A stretch of DNA of 64,000 bases, taken from positions 1,216,001 to 1,280,000 of the forward strand of contig OY762721.1 of assembly GCA_963666345.1 (NCBI GenBank), written 5' to 3'. A program made the translations under genes and the position numbers. This DNA is from Desulfatiglandales bacterium (GTDB lineage: Bacteria; Desulfobacterota; DSM-4660; Desulfatiglandales; Desulfatiglandaceae). Positions 38,864 to 48,463 of this stretch are shown piece by piece; the first letter of the stretch is position 1; each line of letters starts with the position of its first letter. A model generated the notes under the pieces. The model was not told the origin of the DNA, ran no database searches, and saw nothing but the letters and a program-made list of their open reading frames with translations.

Positions 38864-39241
38864 ATGGCAGGTGATAAGAAAAGATCTTCAGGACCCGATC
38901 TGGTCATAACCAGGGCAAGGCGCGAACAGGAGGAGAGGGATAAGACCTACAGGGAAAGGGCACTTAAGATTTTCCCATGGGTGTGCGCCAGATGCGGCCG
39001 CGAATTCAGCGGCAGGAGGCTTCGCGAACTGACGGTTCACCACAAGGATCATGATCACGACAACAATCCCCTTGACGGCAGCAACTGGGAACTCTTGTGT
39101 ATATACTGTCATGATAATGAGCACTCACGCCTGCTGGAGGCCGAATGGACAAGGGATGCTGCACCTGAAAAAGGGAAAAAGAAACCATCCACATACAAGG
39201 CCTTCGCTGATCTTGGAGCCCTGCTGAAAAAGAAGGGGTGA
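38864..39241 (+). CDS. yajD: YajD family HNH nuclease
   Basis: YRERALKIFPWVCARCGREF...LTVHHKDHDHDNNP.DGSNWELLCIYCHDNEH; the 80 N-terminal codons of the tracked ORF are probably not translated. Confidence 0.92.
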   Translation: MAGDKKRSSGPDLVITRARREQEERDKTYRERALKIFPWVCARCGREFSGRRLRELTVHHKDHDHDNNPLDGSNWELLCIYCHDNEHSRLLEAEWTRDAAPEKGKKKPSTYKAFADLGALLKKKG

Positions 39242-39476
39242 GTCTATTGCCAGGCTACTGCTGATGTGGTTATAAGATTTGGACAGGGCATATCCGTACC
39301 CGCAGGGAGTGGTTCAACAGGCTCCCTGATGCAGGCAATATCGGAATCAAAGAGTGCCCTCAATATGGAAAACCTTCAGAATGGAAGAATTTGATTCGAT
39401 GTAACGGGTCAATGCCTATATCGGGCAATGGACCCGTTTCATGATCAGAGCCTTTAATGAACGGAGGATTTCAAAA

Positions 39477-40811
39477 ATGTTCGAAAAGGACACCCTCAAA
39501 ATTCTTGAAAAGGCCCTTTATAAGCTGGAAGAAGGATTCAAAGAACTGCCCCAGGCGGATCAAAGTTTTGATCTGAATGGAATCGAAAAAGTCACGATGC
39601 AGGTAGCGGAAATCATGCATGATAATTACCCCTACTTTCATCCCTTTTACGCGGGTCAAATGCTGAAGCCCCCGCACCCGGTGGCGCGCATCGCGTATAT
39701 GCTTTCTCTCTGGATCAACCCCAATAACCACGCCCTTGACGGAGGACGGGCCAGTTCAAGGCTCGAAAAAGAGGCGGTAAAAGAGATTGCCCGACTGTTC
39801 GGATGGGATACCTTTCTGGGCCACCTGACAGGTGGAGGCACAATGGCCAATATGGAGGCACTCTGGATTTCAGGCAAAGTGGAACCGGGAAAGAAGGTGG
39901 TAGCCTCCGAGCAGGCACACTATACCCATAAACGCATCTCCGAGGTGCTGGGGCTGCCCTTTGAATCGATCTCCTGCAATGAGACGGGAAGGATGGATCT
40001 AGAATCCCTTAAAGGGATCCTCGACAGTAACGACGTAGGCACGGTAGTTGCGACCATAGGAACAACAGGCACAGGATCGGTCGATCCCCTGGCCGAGATA
40101 ATCGAACTCAAAAAAGAGTATGGTTTCAGGCTTCACGCCGATGCGGCTTATGGAGGCTATTTCATACTTGTGGACAATCTGGACCCTATTACAAAAAGTG
40201 CATACGACTGCCTTGGCGGGGCCGACTCCATTGTAATTGACCCACACAAACATGGACTGCAGCCTTACGGGTGCGGCTGTATCCTGTACAGGGACCCTGA
40301 GGTGGGCAGGTTTTACAAACATGATTCCCCATACACATATTTCACATCCTCGGACCTGCACCTGGGTGAAATCAGTCTTGAATGCTCAAGGGCAGGGGCT
40401 TCGGCCGTAGCACTGTGGGCAACCCAGAAGCTGCTGCCTCTTGTGAGAAACGGCCAGTTCGCAAGTGGTCTTTCCAAATCCCGCCAGGCAGCTACCAGGC
40501 TGTTTGAGAAGATAAAATCGGACAGTCGTTTCAGGACCATCTTTCCTCCTGAACTCGACATAGTGGTATGGGCACCTGACGGAAAAAGTGCCGGCCGGAT
40601 TTCCGATCGCTCAGAGGATATGTTTCGAGCCCTGGGAAAGGACAACCTTCATCTGGCAACCTTCAGATATCCCTCTTCGATGCTTCGAAAAAAATGGAAA
40701 GACGTGGATCTTGACCGGCACGACGTAACATGCCTCAGGTCATGCCTGATGAAACCTGAGCATGACGACTGGATCGAAAGCATATGGGAGAAGATTGAAC
40801 AGGCAGTCTGA
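39477..40811 (+). CDS. Group II PLP-dependent decarboxylase
   Basis: GGTMAN, HY, GTTGTGSVD, HADAAYGG, DPHKH (PLP Lys); GGAGG RBS. Confidence 0.9.
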   Translation: MFEKDTLKILEKALYKLEEGFKELPQADQSFDLNGIEKVTMQVAEIMHDNYPYFHPFYAGQMLKPPHPVARIAYMLSLWINPNNHALDGGRASSRLEKEAVKEIARLFGWDTFLGHLTGGGTMANMEALWISGKVEPGKKVVASEQAHYTHKRISEVLGLPFESISCNETGRMDLESLKGILDSNDVGTVVATIGTTGTGSVDPLAEIIELKKEYGFRLHADAAYGGYFILVDNLDPITKSAYDCLGGADSIVIDPHKHGLQPYGCGCILYRDPEVGRFYKHDSPYTYFTSSDLHLGEISLECSRAGASAVALWATQKLLPLVRNGQFASGLSKSRQAATRLFEKIKSDSRFRTIFPPELDIVVWAPDGKSAGRISDRSEDMFRALGKDNLHLATFRYPSSMLRKKWKDVDLDRHDVTCLRSCLMKPEHDDWIESIWEKIEQAV

Positions 40812-40876
40812 TTTGGTGATCGATTCTTTCGCGGACAGACTTTAACTATAACCCCTTCATACAGGTGTAAGAAAAG

Positions 40877-41497
40877 ATGGACCTTCCCTTTACCTTGATA
40901 AGCGTCTCTTTGATATGGATGATAGCAGTAATTACCCCCGGCCCCAATTTTTTTATCACCCTTCAAACGGCTATCAGCAGAACCAGGCGCTCCGCCCTTA
41001 TCGTGGCAGTTGGAATCTGTACCGGCACCGTAATATGGGGGATTGCCGGATTCTTCGGCATATCCGTCCTCTTTTCCGCCTCCCCCCTTGCCTACCTCTG
41101 TCTCAAACTTATCGGGGGGGGCTATCTGATTTATCTGGGTGTCAGGCTTTTTATCTCAAAGGCAGATGAGGACTCGACGGGACAAGATCTGCATCCAAAG
41201 GATATGAAGCCCTTTCAGGCCTTCAGGAGAGGAATCGTCACCAACCTTTCAAATCCAAAGGCAGCGGCATTTGTCGCCGGTCTTTTCGCCGCCACAATGC
41301 CTCCTGATGCACCTGCATGGTTGGGCCTTCTAACAACTGCCATAATGGTAACCATCTCCTTTGCATGGTATGCAGCGGTTGCCTCTCTTTTTTCGTTAGA
41401 CAGATTCAAGGCCGTTTATAATAGATCCGTTACCCGGATCAACAGGATCTCAGGGGCCATCTTTACGGGCTTCGGGCTGAAGCTGGCGGCGGATTAG
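40877..41497 (+). CDS. LysE/RhtB family exporter
   Basis: TPGPN, G..YLIYLG, TNLSNPK. Confidence 0.9.
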   Translation: MDLPFTLISVSLIWMIAVITPGPNFFITLQTAISRTRRSALIVAVGICTGTVIWGIAGFFGISVLFSASPLAYLCLKLIGGGYLIYLGVRLFISKADEDSTGQDLHPKDMKPFQAFRRGIVTNLSNPKAAAFVAGLFAATMPPDAPAWLGLLTTAIMVTISFAWYAAVASLFSLDRFKAVYNRSVTRINRISGAIFTGFGLKLAAD

Positions 41498-41538
41498 TTT
41501 ACATTCGGAGGGACGGATTCACCCGGGCATTGATCCGG

Positions 41539-42876
41539 TCAGCAGATCCTGTTACGTCCAGTTCTCTTTGCCCTGTACATTGCCTCATCGGCCTCCTTAA
41601 GCAGCTGATCAACGGTCTTTGAGTGAGGTGGCGCCGCAGAAATTCCGCCACTGATTGTAAAGGGGATCTGCCCCGTCTGCGTAAGGAAAGGGGTATCTTC
41701 TATCCTTTTTCTCAGCCTTTCGGCCATTTTCTCTCCGCCCTTTGAATCTGTATCAGGCAGAAGTATGGCGAATTCCTCGCCACCGATACGGCCGAAAACA
41801 TCCGGGATACGCAGGGTATCCAACCCGATTTCAGCTAGATGTCTAAGCACCTGATCGCCTGTATCATGTCCGTATGTATCGTTTACCGTTTTGAAGTAAT
41901 CGATATCGATCATGAGAAGGCAAAGGGGACGGCCATACCTCTCGGCTCTGTGTATCTCCTTTTCCGCAAGATCCCTGAAATGCCTTCTGTTGAACAGCCC
42001 CGTGAGGGGATCGGTAGTTGCAAGTTTTCTAAGCCTGTCCTCGGTCTCTTTTATGTTCGATACATCCCTGTAAATGATGTAGAAACCGATATGATTCCCC
42101 TCTACGATTACAGGTGAGGATTGCATCGATACCTGGAAAGTGTTTCCGTCTTTTCTCCTTCTCACTGTCTCGAGCCTGATCGTCTCACCGGAGGTGACCC
42201 TCTTTCGTATGGATATTGCCTCTTCCAGACGGTCGCGGGGGGCAACAAGCCTGCTGATATCTTCACCGATTAATTCCTCAAGAGAATAACCGAATAGATT
42301 GGAGAACTCAGGGTTGGCCCCCGTGATCCGGCCTTCGTAATCAAAGACGGCCAAGGCCTCCGGAAGCTGGGTAAAAAGGCTCTCAAAATAGGCTTTCTGA
42401 AAACGCAACTCCTTTTCAAGCCCCTTTTGCTCTGTAATATCGGAAAAAGTTACCACCGCCTTTTTCTGCGGGTCCTCCTGCTCAAAACTCTTTAACTTCA
42501 TATGCCCGAAAAAAACGGTTCCATCTCTTCTTTTGCAGTTGACATCAATCTCCACCGGGGAACCTTTGTCATATGTTTCATAGGCCAGCCTTCCCACCCG
42601 ATGGAATTCTTCTTTTGAAGAATAGAGTATTTCCGATATCCTGCCGACCAGCTCTTCTTCTTTTTCGTAGCCGAACATCTCTACACCCACCCGGTTTGCC
42701 CACCGTATCGTTCTGTTCTCCAGAAGAAAGATACCAAAAAGGGCGGCATCCAGTATCCTGTCAAGGAGTTCCTTCTGCTTGATGAATTCGGCATCCATTT
42801 CCTGTCGTCTGGATGCCTTCTTTTCAAGGATACTTGTGCGCTCTTCCAATTCCCTGCGTGACGATCCTGAATCCAT
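41539..42876 (-). CDS. PAS-PAS-GGDEF diguanylate cyclase
   Basis: Two PAS/PAC segments, TDPLTGLFNRR, DIDYFK.VND.YGH, RIPD I-site, GGEEF. Confidence 0.93.
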   Translation of the reverse strand: MDSGSSRRELEERTSILEKKASRRQEMDAEFIKQKELLDRILDAALFGIFLLENRTIRWANRVGVEMFGYEKEEELVGRISEILYSSKEEFHRVGRLAYETYDKGSPVEIDVNCKRRDGTVFFGHMKLKSFEQEDPQKKAVVTFSDITEQKGLEKELRFQKAYFESLFTQLPEALAVFDYEGRITGANPEFSNLFGYSLEELIGEDISRLVAPRDRLEEAISIRKRVTSGETIRLETVRRRKDGNTFQVSMQSSPVIVEGNHIGFYIIYRDVSNIKETEDRLRKLATTDPLTGLFNRRHFRDLAEKEIHRAERYGRPLCLLMIDIDYFKTVNDTYGHDTGDQVLRHLAEIGLDTLRIPDVFGRIGGEEFAILLPDTDSKGGEKMAERLRKRIEDTPFLTQTGQIPFTISGGISAAPPHSKTVDQLLKEADEAMYRAKRTGRNRIC

Positions 42877-43092
42877 TCCAGCCCCTCCTGATCAAGACAG
42901 ACATCTCAGCCCTTTTGGGTGCTCATCCTAATAATGTCTCTTTAGAACTCACTGCGCGATAAATTGGAAAGACAACCAAACGGATAGCTTCTTTAATCAT
43001 ATTTTGACTCAAAGCTCTGATGTTGACAACAAAAAACTCTTCCATTTATCCTGTATTAGGATATACATTTAGAACTTTGAAAGGGGTGAAAA

Positions 43093-43524
43093 ATGGGAAA
43101 AGGCACATTTCGGAAGGTCGGCGAATCGGAAAACAGGATGTTCGGCCCCACCTGTCTTATCATATGCGGATATGACTCTTCAGAGCAGGAAGAGATCCTT
43201 TCCCTCATAAAGGAATGCCTGTCAGAATTACCCGTAATATTTGCGGCAAAAGCCGATAGCGGGACAAAACTGGGTGAGATGGCAGCATCAAAGGCGGGAA
43301 AAGGAAGAGGCATTTCATCTGATCTCAAAAGGGCGATAATAATGTCGGGGCTCACGGAAAAGGAACTGCACCTTCTCCTTAAAAGTTACAGGGACAAGGG
43401 GTTCCCGACACAGCTCTGGGCAACCCTGACACCCGTATCTGAAAAATGGACCCTCGAGCGCCTGCTGCAGGAACTCTCTGCAGAGGCCGAAGCATTCAGG
43501 ATAAGGCAGAAACAGGGACAGTGA
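43093..43524 (+). CDS. DUF3783-like conserved protein
   Basis: IMSGL...WATLTPVSEKWTL..LL.EL..E pattern. Confidence 0.6.
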   Translation: MGKGTFRKVGESENRMFGPTCLIICGYDSSEQEEILSLIKECLSELPVIFAAKADSGTKLGEMAASKAGKGRGISSDLKRAIIMSGLTEKELHLLLKSYRDKGFPTQLWATLTPVSEKWTLERLLQELSAEAEAFRIRQKQGQ

Positions 43525-43563
43525 CAAAACAAAGCAGGAAGATACCTTTAAATCCGGCGCAAA

Positions 43564-44202
43564 ATGAAGAAGAAGATGATTATCGCAGCAGGCATAGGCC
43601 TTTTTCTGCTTTTTGCAATCGGTTTCATCTATTGCTGGTTCAATTATCAATTCTGGTCCCACCTGGACACGTCAACCTTTGACAGTCTAACAGAGTATAA
43701 TTCGGAAAGGGTAAAAGCCTACAGGGGAAGACAGATATTAATACACAGGGATTTTCATCCCCTTATGGTCAAAATTACAAGATACGCAGCTCAATGTGAC
43801 CTGACACTTCTTATCACACAAAGCTACCGCATACCAGGTAGGAGGACAAAAAACTGCATAGTGCCTCCCGCTGTAAAATCAAACCATCTTGCAGGCCATG
43901 CCGTTGATTTCAATATAAGGTTCAATGGAAGGCTTTTCGAGTCAAATGACATAAGGAAGGAAACTCTGCGCCTTGCCCCGGCAAATGTAAAGGCCTTCAT
44001 AGGGATGTTGGTATCGGATGATTCTCTTAGGTGGGGAGGTGAATTCAAAGAGGAAGACCCGGTGCATGTCGATGATGGCCTCAACACGGAATACCCGGAA
44101 AAATGGAACGCATGCTACAGAGCTTGTCTTAAGGACCTGTCAGGTGCAAAAAAGAAACATACAGTGTGGATAAAACGTATTATCCCCTTTGCTGCCTTTT
44201 AG
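43564..44202 (+). CDS. Membrane-anchored M15 family metallopeptidase
   Basis: N-terminal TM, SYR, SNHLAGHAVD, WGG.F..DPVH. Confidence 0.85.
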   Translation: MKKKMIIAAGIGLFLLFAIGFIYCWFNYQFWSHLDTSTFDSLTEYNSERVKAYRGRQILIHRDFHPLMVKITRYAAQCDLTLLITQSYRIPGRRTKNCIVPPAVKSNHLAGHAVDFNIRFNGRLFESNDIRKETLRLAPANVKAFIGMLVSDDSLRWGGEFKEEDPVHVDDGLNTEYPEKWNACYRACLKDLSGAKKKHTVWIKRIIPFAAF

Positions 44203-44402
44203 CCCTGCAAAAACCGCATGAACCTCAAGGCCTTATAAAGAGGCTGCCATTCGACCCTGAAAATAATTTTCGACAGATATGTCGCAGGCATCTTTCGGAA
44301 CGACATTTTTTTCCTTTTGATTGTCCCGGCAGGCAGTTAAAAGAATCGGCATTCATTAGTATTTACAAATTTTACAAACACTTAGAACAACCAATTCTTA
44401 TC

Positions 44403-44418
44403 TGGCACAGACCTTGCT
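44403..44418 (+). promoter_or_regulatory. sigma54 promoter
   Basis: TGGCAC-AGACC-TTGCT. Confidence 0.8.
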
Positions 44419-44638
44419 TTTAAATACTACGAGTTGTTACTCCTGAAGCGGTTCTCCTCCTTGCGCTTCAGCAAAAACCCCTTCAACAGGAACCCGGGGA
44501 TGTAAGACGATTAAAATTTGTGCGGATTCCTGTCAAAATAGCAGATCCCCTGCGCCCCATAATGATTTATCAGGGGCGCCGGGGACCGATTAAAGGGCAG
44601 GGAATCGGATCTCATTAATGAAATCAGAGGAGGTTGTC

Positions 44639-45304
44639 ATGATCAAGACACCTAAATTCTTAAATACGGGCGTTTTACTTCTGACTGCGGTCGTAATACT
44701 CGGATTTTCCACCGACAGTCTCGCGAAACCCAGCAAAGACCGCAAGACCAGGGTGGTAATCAAACATCCCAGTCCCAATTACGGGAGAGTCGTTAAAAGA
44801 CTGCCTGCAAGGCACAGAAGAATTTCCGTGGGTAAGTCCGACTACTATTATAACAGCGGCAGGTTTTACAGAAGCCGTTCGAATGGATACGTGATAGTGC
44901 GACCGCCTATAGGGGCTATTGTGGCATCAATTCCCGTAGGAAATATAACCTTTACCATAGGAACCGTCCCATATTACTATTACAGCGGCATACATTACAG
45001 GAGGGTCCCAACAGGTTATCTGGTGGTTGAACCTCCCACCCAGACGGTAATCGTGGAAGAGACACCGAATGATTATTGGGAAGGCTTTTCATCCGGGGAA
45101 CAGGTAAAGGTAACGGCGCATCTTTTAAATGTGCGATCAGGTCCCGGAATGCGCCGTTCTTTGGTAGGCCAGGTACGAAGGGGCACGAGGCTTGTGGTTA
45201 GAGGGCACTCACCCGGCTGGCTTTACGTGAGTCTTCCCGACGGAAGGCATGGATGGGTAATGGCCGATTATATAACCGCTCTGCCTCAGCCCTCAAGCGG
45301 ATAG
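44639..45304 (+). CDS. Exported Tyr/Pro-rich protein with C-terminal bacterial SH3 domain
   Basis: Signal peptide, YYY..G.FY...Y.IV.PP repeats, LNVRSGPG...GWV; GAGGAGG before ATG 44639. Confidence 0.8.
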   Translation: MIKTPKFLNTGVLLLTAVVILGFSTDSLAKPSKDRKTRVVIKHPSPNYGRVVKRLPARHRRISVGKSDYYYNSGRFYRSRSNGYVIVRPPIGAIVASIPVGNITFTIGTVPYYYYSGIHYRRVPTGYLVVEPPTQTVIVEETPNDYWEGFSSGEQVKVTAHLLNVRSGPGMRRSLVGQVRRGTRLVVRGHSPGWLYVSLPDGRHGWVMADYITALPQPSSG

Positions 45305-45499
45305 ATGAAGTAAACCTCCGTGAGGGCCTTTCGGTTCACTTGTCATTTATTGACAACCCCTTCTTTTACAGGACCAAAAGGCCCTCGTCCCTCCTGCATT
45401 TCTGTGCCGATACATTCTCTCCTAAAAAATGCGCTACTCTATTTTAGACCTTATTTTACGGATCGGGAAAGATATTTGAGGATAAAACTTTCAGCCTTC

Positions 45500-47770
45500 T
45501 CATCCCCTTTCCGTATCCAGCAGACCGATACCTTTTTGACTGTCTCCATCCTGGTAAACATGCAGGAAACGGCCACCTGCATCCTCAGGAAAGTGAATTA
45601 CCATAACCACCCCCAGTAAGGAAGAAACCTCCGGGGCAAGGATTTTCATACGATTCGGCATGCCCAGGAGAAGATCCTCCCTGAAAACGGCCTCCTTCAG
45701 GTCGGGATAAATCGCAATCGGCACGATTTTGGCCTCAACAAGGTCGTTAAAGAAATGGGTCCCGAAAGAGGCCTCAGGAGTGCTGCCGTCCTCCTCGAAT
45801 GAGACCTCCCCCAGGAACAGGGTACGGTTGATATCTTCATACCCCACGCGAACACCTAAATTTATATCGTTGCTGCCCCATCTGCCGGGGCCGAAAAGGC
45901 CGTATCGCTTGTCTTCAAGCACACGGTTGAGCCGGCTCACGGCCCGGCCGACACTCAGCTTTTCCTCAAAGGTAGACAAACGGCTGTATGCCCTGGGGTC
46001 CACGTATACCAGGTATTCCACATTATGGATGGCGCTGTTTGAAACGACCCGTGTATTGGTAAAAACAACGTCCTCCGGGTCAATGTTTTCAGGGATCGTC
46101 ACGCGCCTGACATCTTCGGACATAGCAAGCGAGCGACACTGGAGCAGATAGAGTTTGTCCCGTTCCCATGCGAACTCCACATCAACAGGGTGCCCGCAGG
46201 CATGCTCCAGTTTCCGGAGGATATTTCTCATCAAAGAGACAAAGGGTGAATTTTTCAGGAAATTATCAAAGGTCACGCAGCCCCTTTCAACATCCACCTC
46301 CTGCCCCTTGAACATGGGCGGAGTGAGATATCCGTCTTTATTGACCGAGAGGGCATCAAATCGGTCTTCATCGTTCATCTCCTTCATTATCTGATGGAAT
46401 GGAACAGCCTCCACGGCCCCTGATTCAAGATTAAGCGCGTCCACAAGCTTCTGGGAATATTTAATGATCTGACGGGCTTCTATTTCAGGCCGAAGACCGG
46501 GATGACTGAGGGGTATCATACGGGGGTAATCAGAGCCGACCCGGTCCACCGCCCTGGTCCCCAGGCCGTAGACAAGACGCACAAGGCCATCTTCCATCCG
46601 TATTTTGGGAGTCCATCGGTAGGGATTCCTTGAATAGGCCACGCCTCCTGCAAAGGGAAGGAAATATTTGCCGAAGCACCGTCCAACCACCTTCTGAACC
46701 AGCACGCTCATCTTTTCGTCAAAATCCAGGAGGTTATGGTCCCTGCGATAGAGTATGGGCGCAGGTCCGTAGGTGCTCATATGGACCTGTTTGAGACCCC
46801 ATATGAACTCTTTAAGCCGGGTTTCCAGGTCACCCTGATTTCTTAAAAAGACCGAATCATATTTTCCGGAAAAGGCGGAACCGAATGTGTCCTCAAGCAG
46901 GCTGGAGGATCTTAAAATCAAAGGCTCCTGCCCCAGGCCGTCTAGAAAACCCCTGAAGGTGTCTACCATGTCGGGGGGGAAAGAGGCCTCCTTGAACAGC
47001 TCCGAGATATTTCTGTATTCCTCTTCAACGGCCTCCCTGTTCTTGTATTTCTGGCTGTGAAAATGGTACAGGCCGTTGTAGTCGATGAAATCGGAAAAAA
47101 TCCCTGAATTAAAATAGTAGGACTCGGGCATGACCACATATTTTTTGAGAAGGGGGTCCTGTGACTTGAGCCTCGGCAGGATGATCTTGTAGGCGAGCAG
47201 CATGCCGGCCGCCTTGCCGCCGATCTTTCCCGGCCTGCGCCTGTTCCAGAAGCTGTGATCGAGCATCTCGTCCACGTCACGCATGGTAATGTGGTGTTTG
47301 CCTGTCCCGATAAAGGAAAGATGACTCGATATAAAATGGCTGATCAGGGCCACACGGACCCCCTCCGCCTCTATCGGATCGATGAACAGATCCCCCTCCG
47401 GAACGACGCAAAGGGCCTTCAGGGCCTGCTGGATCTTCCTGCCTGTAACGCCTTCGGTATTAACGACCCTGTTGAGTTCTTGAAACAGCGCCTCTTTCCG
47501 TGCAAGATTTATGTGATTTTCGATCTCCTGATCGGAGAAATGTCCCGCGAAATAGAGATCGATGAGCGCCCCCCGGTATTCGTTCAGCCCCTCTTCGCTC
47601 ACCTTCACTCCCGCCTTCTCCATCAGCTCTCGTGCCTCATTTGAAACCGCCTCCTGCTCAACAATGCCCCGTTTGCTTAAAGCGGAAAGGAAGATGTCAC
47701 GCATCTTATCCACAAGTTGCGGATACTTCATCATTTTTTGATACATCCTATAGGCTGGAACAAGATCCAT
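45500..47770 (-). CDS. PEP/pyruvate-binding (PPDK_N ATP-grasp) domain protein
   Basis: IGGKAAG, RSSSLLED..SAFSGKY.S, GLGTRAV, PVDVEFAW, LQCR, GPGRWGS, SFGTHFF. Confidence 0.85.
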   Translation of the reverse strand: MDLVPAYRMYQKMMKYPQLVDKMRDIFLSALSKRGIVEQEAVSNEARELMEKAGVKVSEEGLNEYRGALIDLYFAGHFSDQEIENHINLARKEALFQELNRVVNTEGVTGRKIQQALKALCVVPEGDLFIDPIEAEGVRVALISHFISSHLSFIGTGKHHITMRDVDEMLDHSFWNRRRPGKIGGKAAGMLLAYKIILPRLKSQDPLLKKYVVMPESYYFNSGIFSDFIDYNGLYHFHSQKYKNREAVEEEYRNISELFKEASFPPDMVDTFRGFLDGLGQEPLILRSSSLLEDTFGSAFSGKYDSVFLRNQGDLETRLKEFIWGLKQVHMSTYGPAPILYRRDHNLLDFDEKMSVLVQKVVGRCFGKYFLPFAGGVAYSRNPYRWTPKIRMEDGLVRLVYGLGTRAVDRVGSDYPRMIPLSHPGLRPEIEARQIIKYSQKLVDALNLESGAVEAVPFHQIMKEMNDEDRFDALSVNKDGYLTPPMFKGQEVDVERGCVTFDNFLKNSPFVSLMRNILRKLEHACGHPVDVEFAWERDKLYLLQCRSLAMSEDVRRVTIPENIDPEDVVFTNTRVVSNSAIHNVEYLVYVDPRAYSRLSTFEEKLSVGRAVSRLNRVLEDKRYGLFGPGRWGSNDINLGVRVGYEDINRTLFLGEVSFEEDGSTPEASFGTHFFNDLVEAKIVPIAIYPDLKEAVFREDLLLGMPNRMKILAPEVSSLLGVVMVIHFPEDAGGRFLHVYQDGDSQKGIGLLDTERG

Positions 47771-48224
47771 ATCTACCTTCCTTTTCTTTCAGTCGCGATT
47801 TTGGCGCCGGGCCGTGGCATGACCTGGCCCTCCTGTATTGACTCTATGATCCGTGAGCAAAGCGGACAGGCTTTTTTCCCACCGGTTTCGGTCAAAAGCA
47901 TCAGATTGGATTGCAGGCTCCGTAAGAGTATTAAAGAAAGGATTGCTCGGATGGATCGGTCTTTTTCATGGAAACCAGGTAGCGCGGCGCCTCGCCGCGA
48001 CAGAAATAATAAGGAGACCGGGGTCTTCCGCATAAAACATTCTAGCCGCAAAAAGCGGCTAAGGCAATCCCCAAAACCTTTTGATAAACAAGGAATTAGA
48101 GGATGCCGGCCGATTCAAAGTCTCGACTTGATTATGACCATCCTCTTTGGTGGGATAAAGATCTCCGGCCCGAATGTTTTATAAAAATGAACTCTCTGAA
48201 GTAAACTATACGGTATCAAGTCGG

Positions 48225-48271
48225 AATTCCATTGAAAGCCCTGAAACAGGGATTTCAATGGAATTTTTTTT
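48225..48271 (+). terminator. Long hairpin followed by T-run (terminator-like)
   Basis: AATTCCATTGAAA-G-CCCTG-AAA-CAGGG-A-TTTCAATGGAATT then TTTTTT. Confidence 0.55.
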
Positions 48272-48463
48272 GCCATCCCTGCTGTCGGCAGCAAAAATTT
48301 TAAGGATACGCCGGTACGGAATCTAATTGAAGAAATGGACCTGATCGCTGTTTTTCTATATAATTTTGTTTTAGTCATGAATATACTTTACCGTTAAAAG
48401 AGCTGAAGACATTTGCAGAGTCCTGCTTAGTGAAACATCAAGCCGATTTAAGGGGCCGTAATT

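Noticed and set aside
38864..39241. HNH genes (also 61050-61574) as mobile or defence elements
   Set aside because: Both look like widespread stand-alone families in housekeeping context, with no intron, methylase or phage neighbours.
47717..48378. Short ORFs in the gap between the PPDK-like gene and asmA
   Set aside because: No recognisable motifs or convincing RBS, and they overlap one another.
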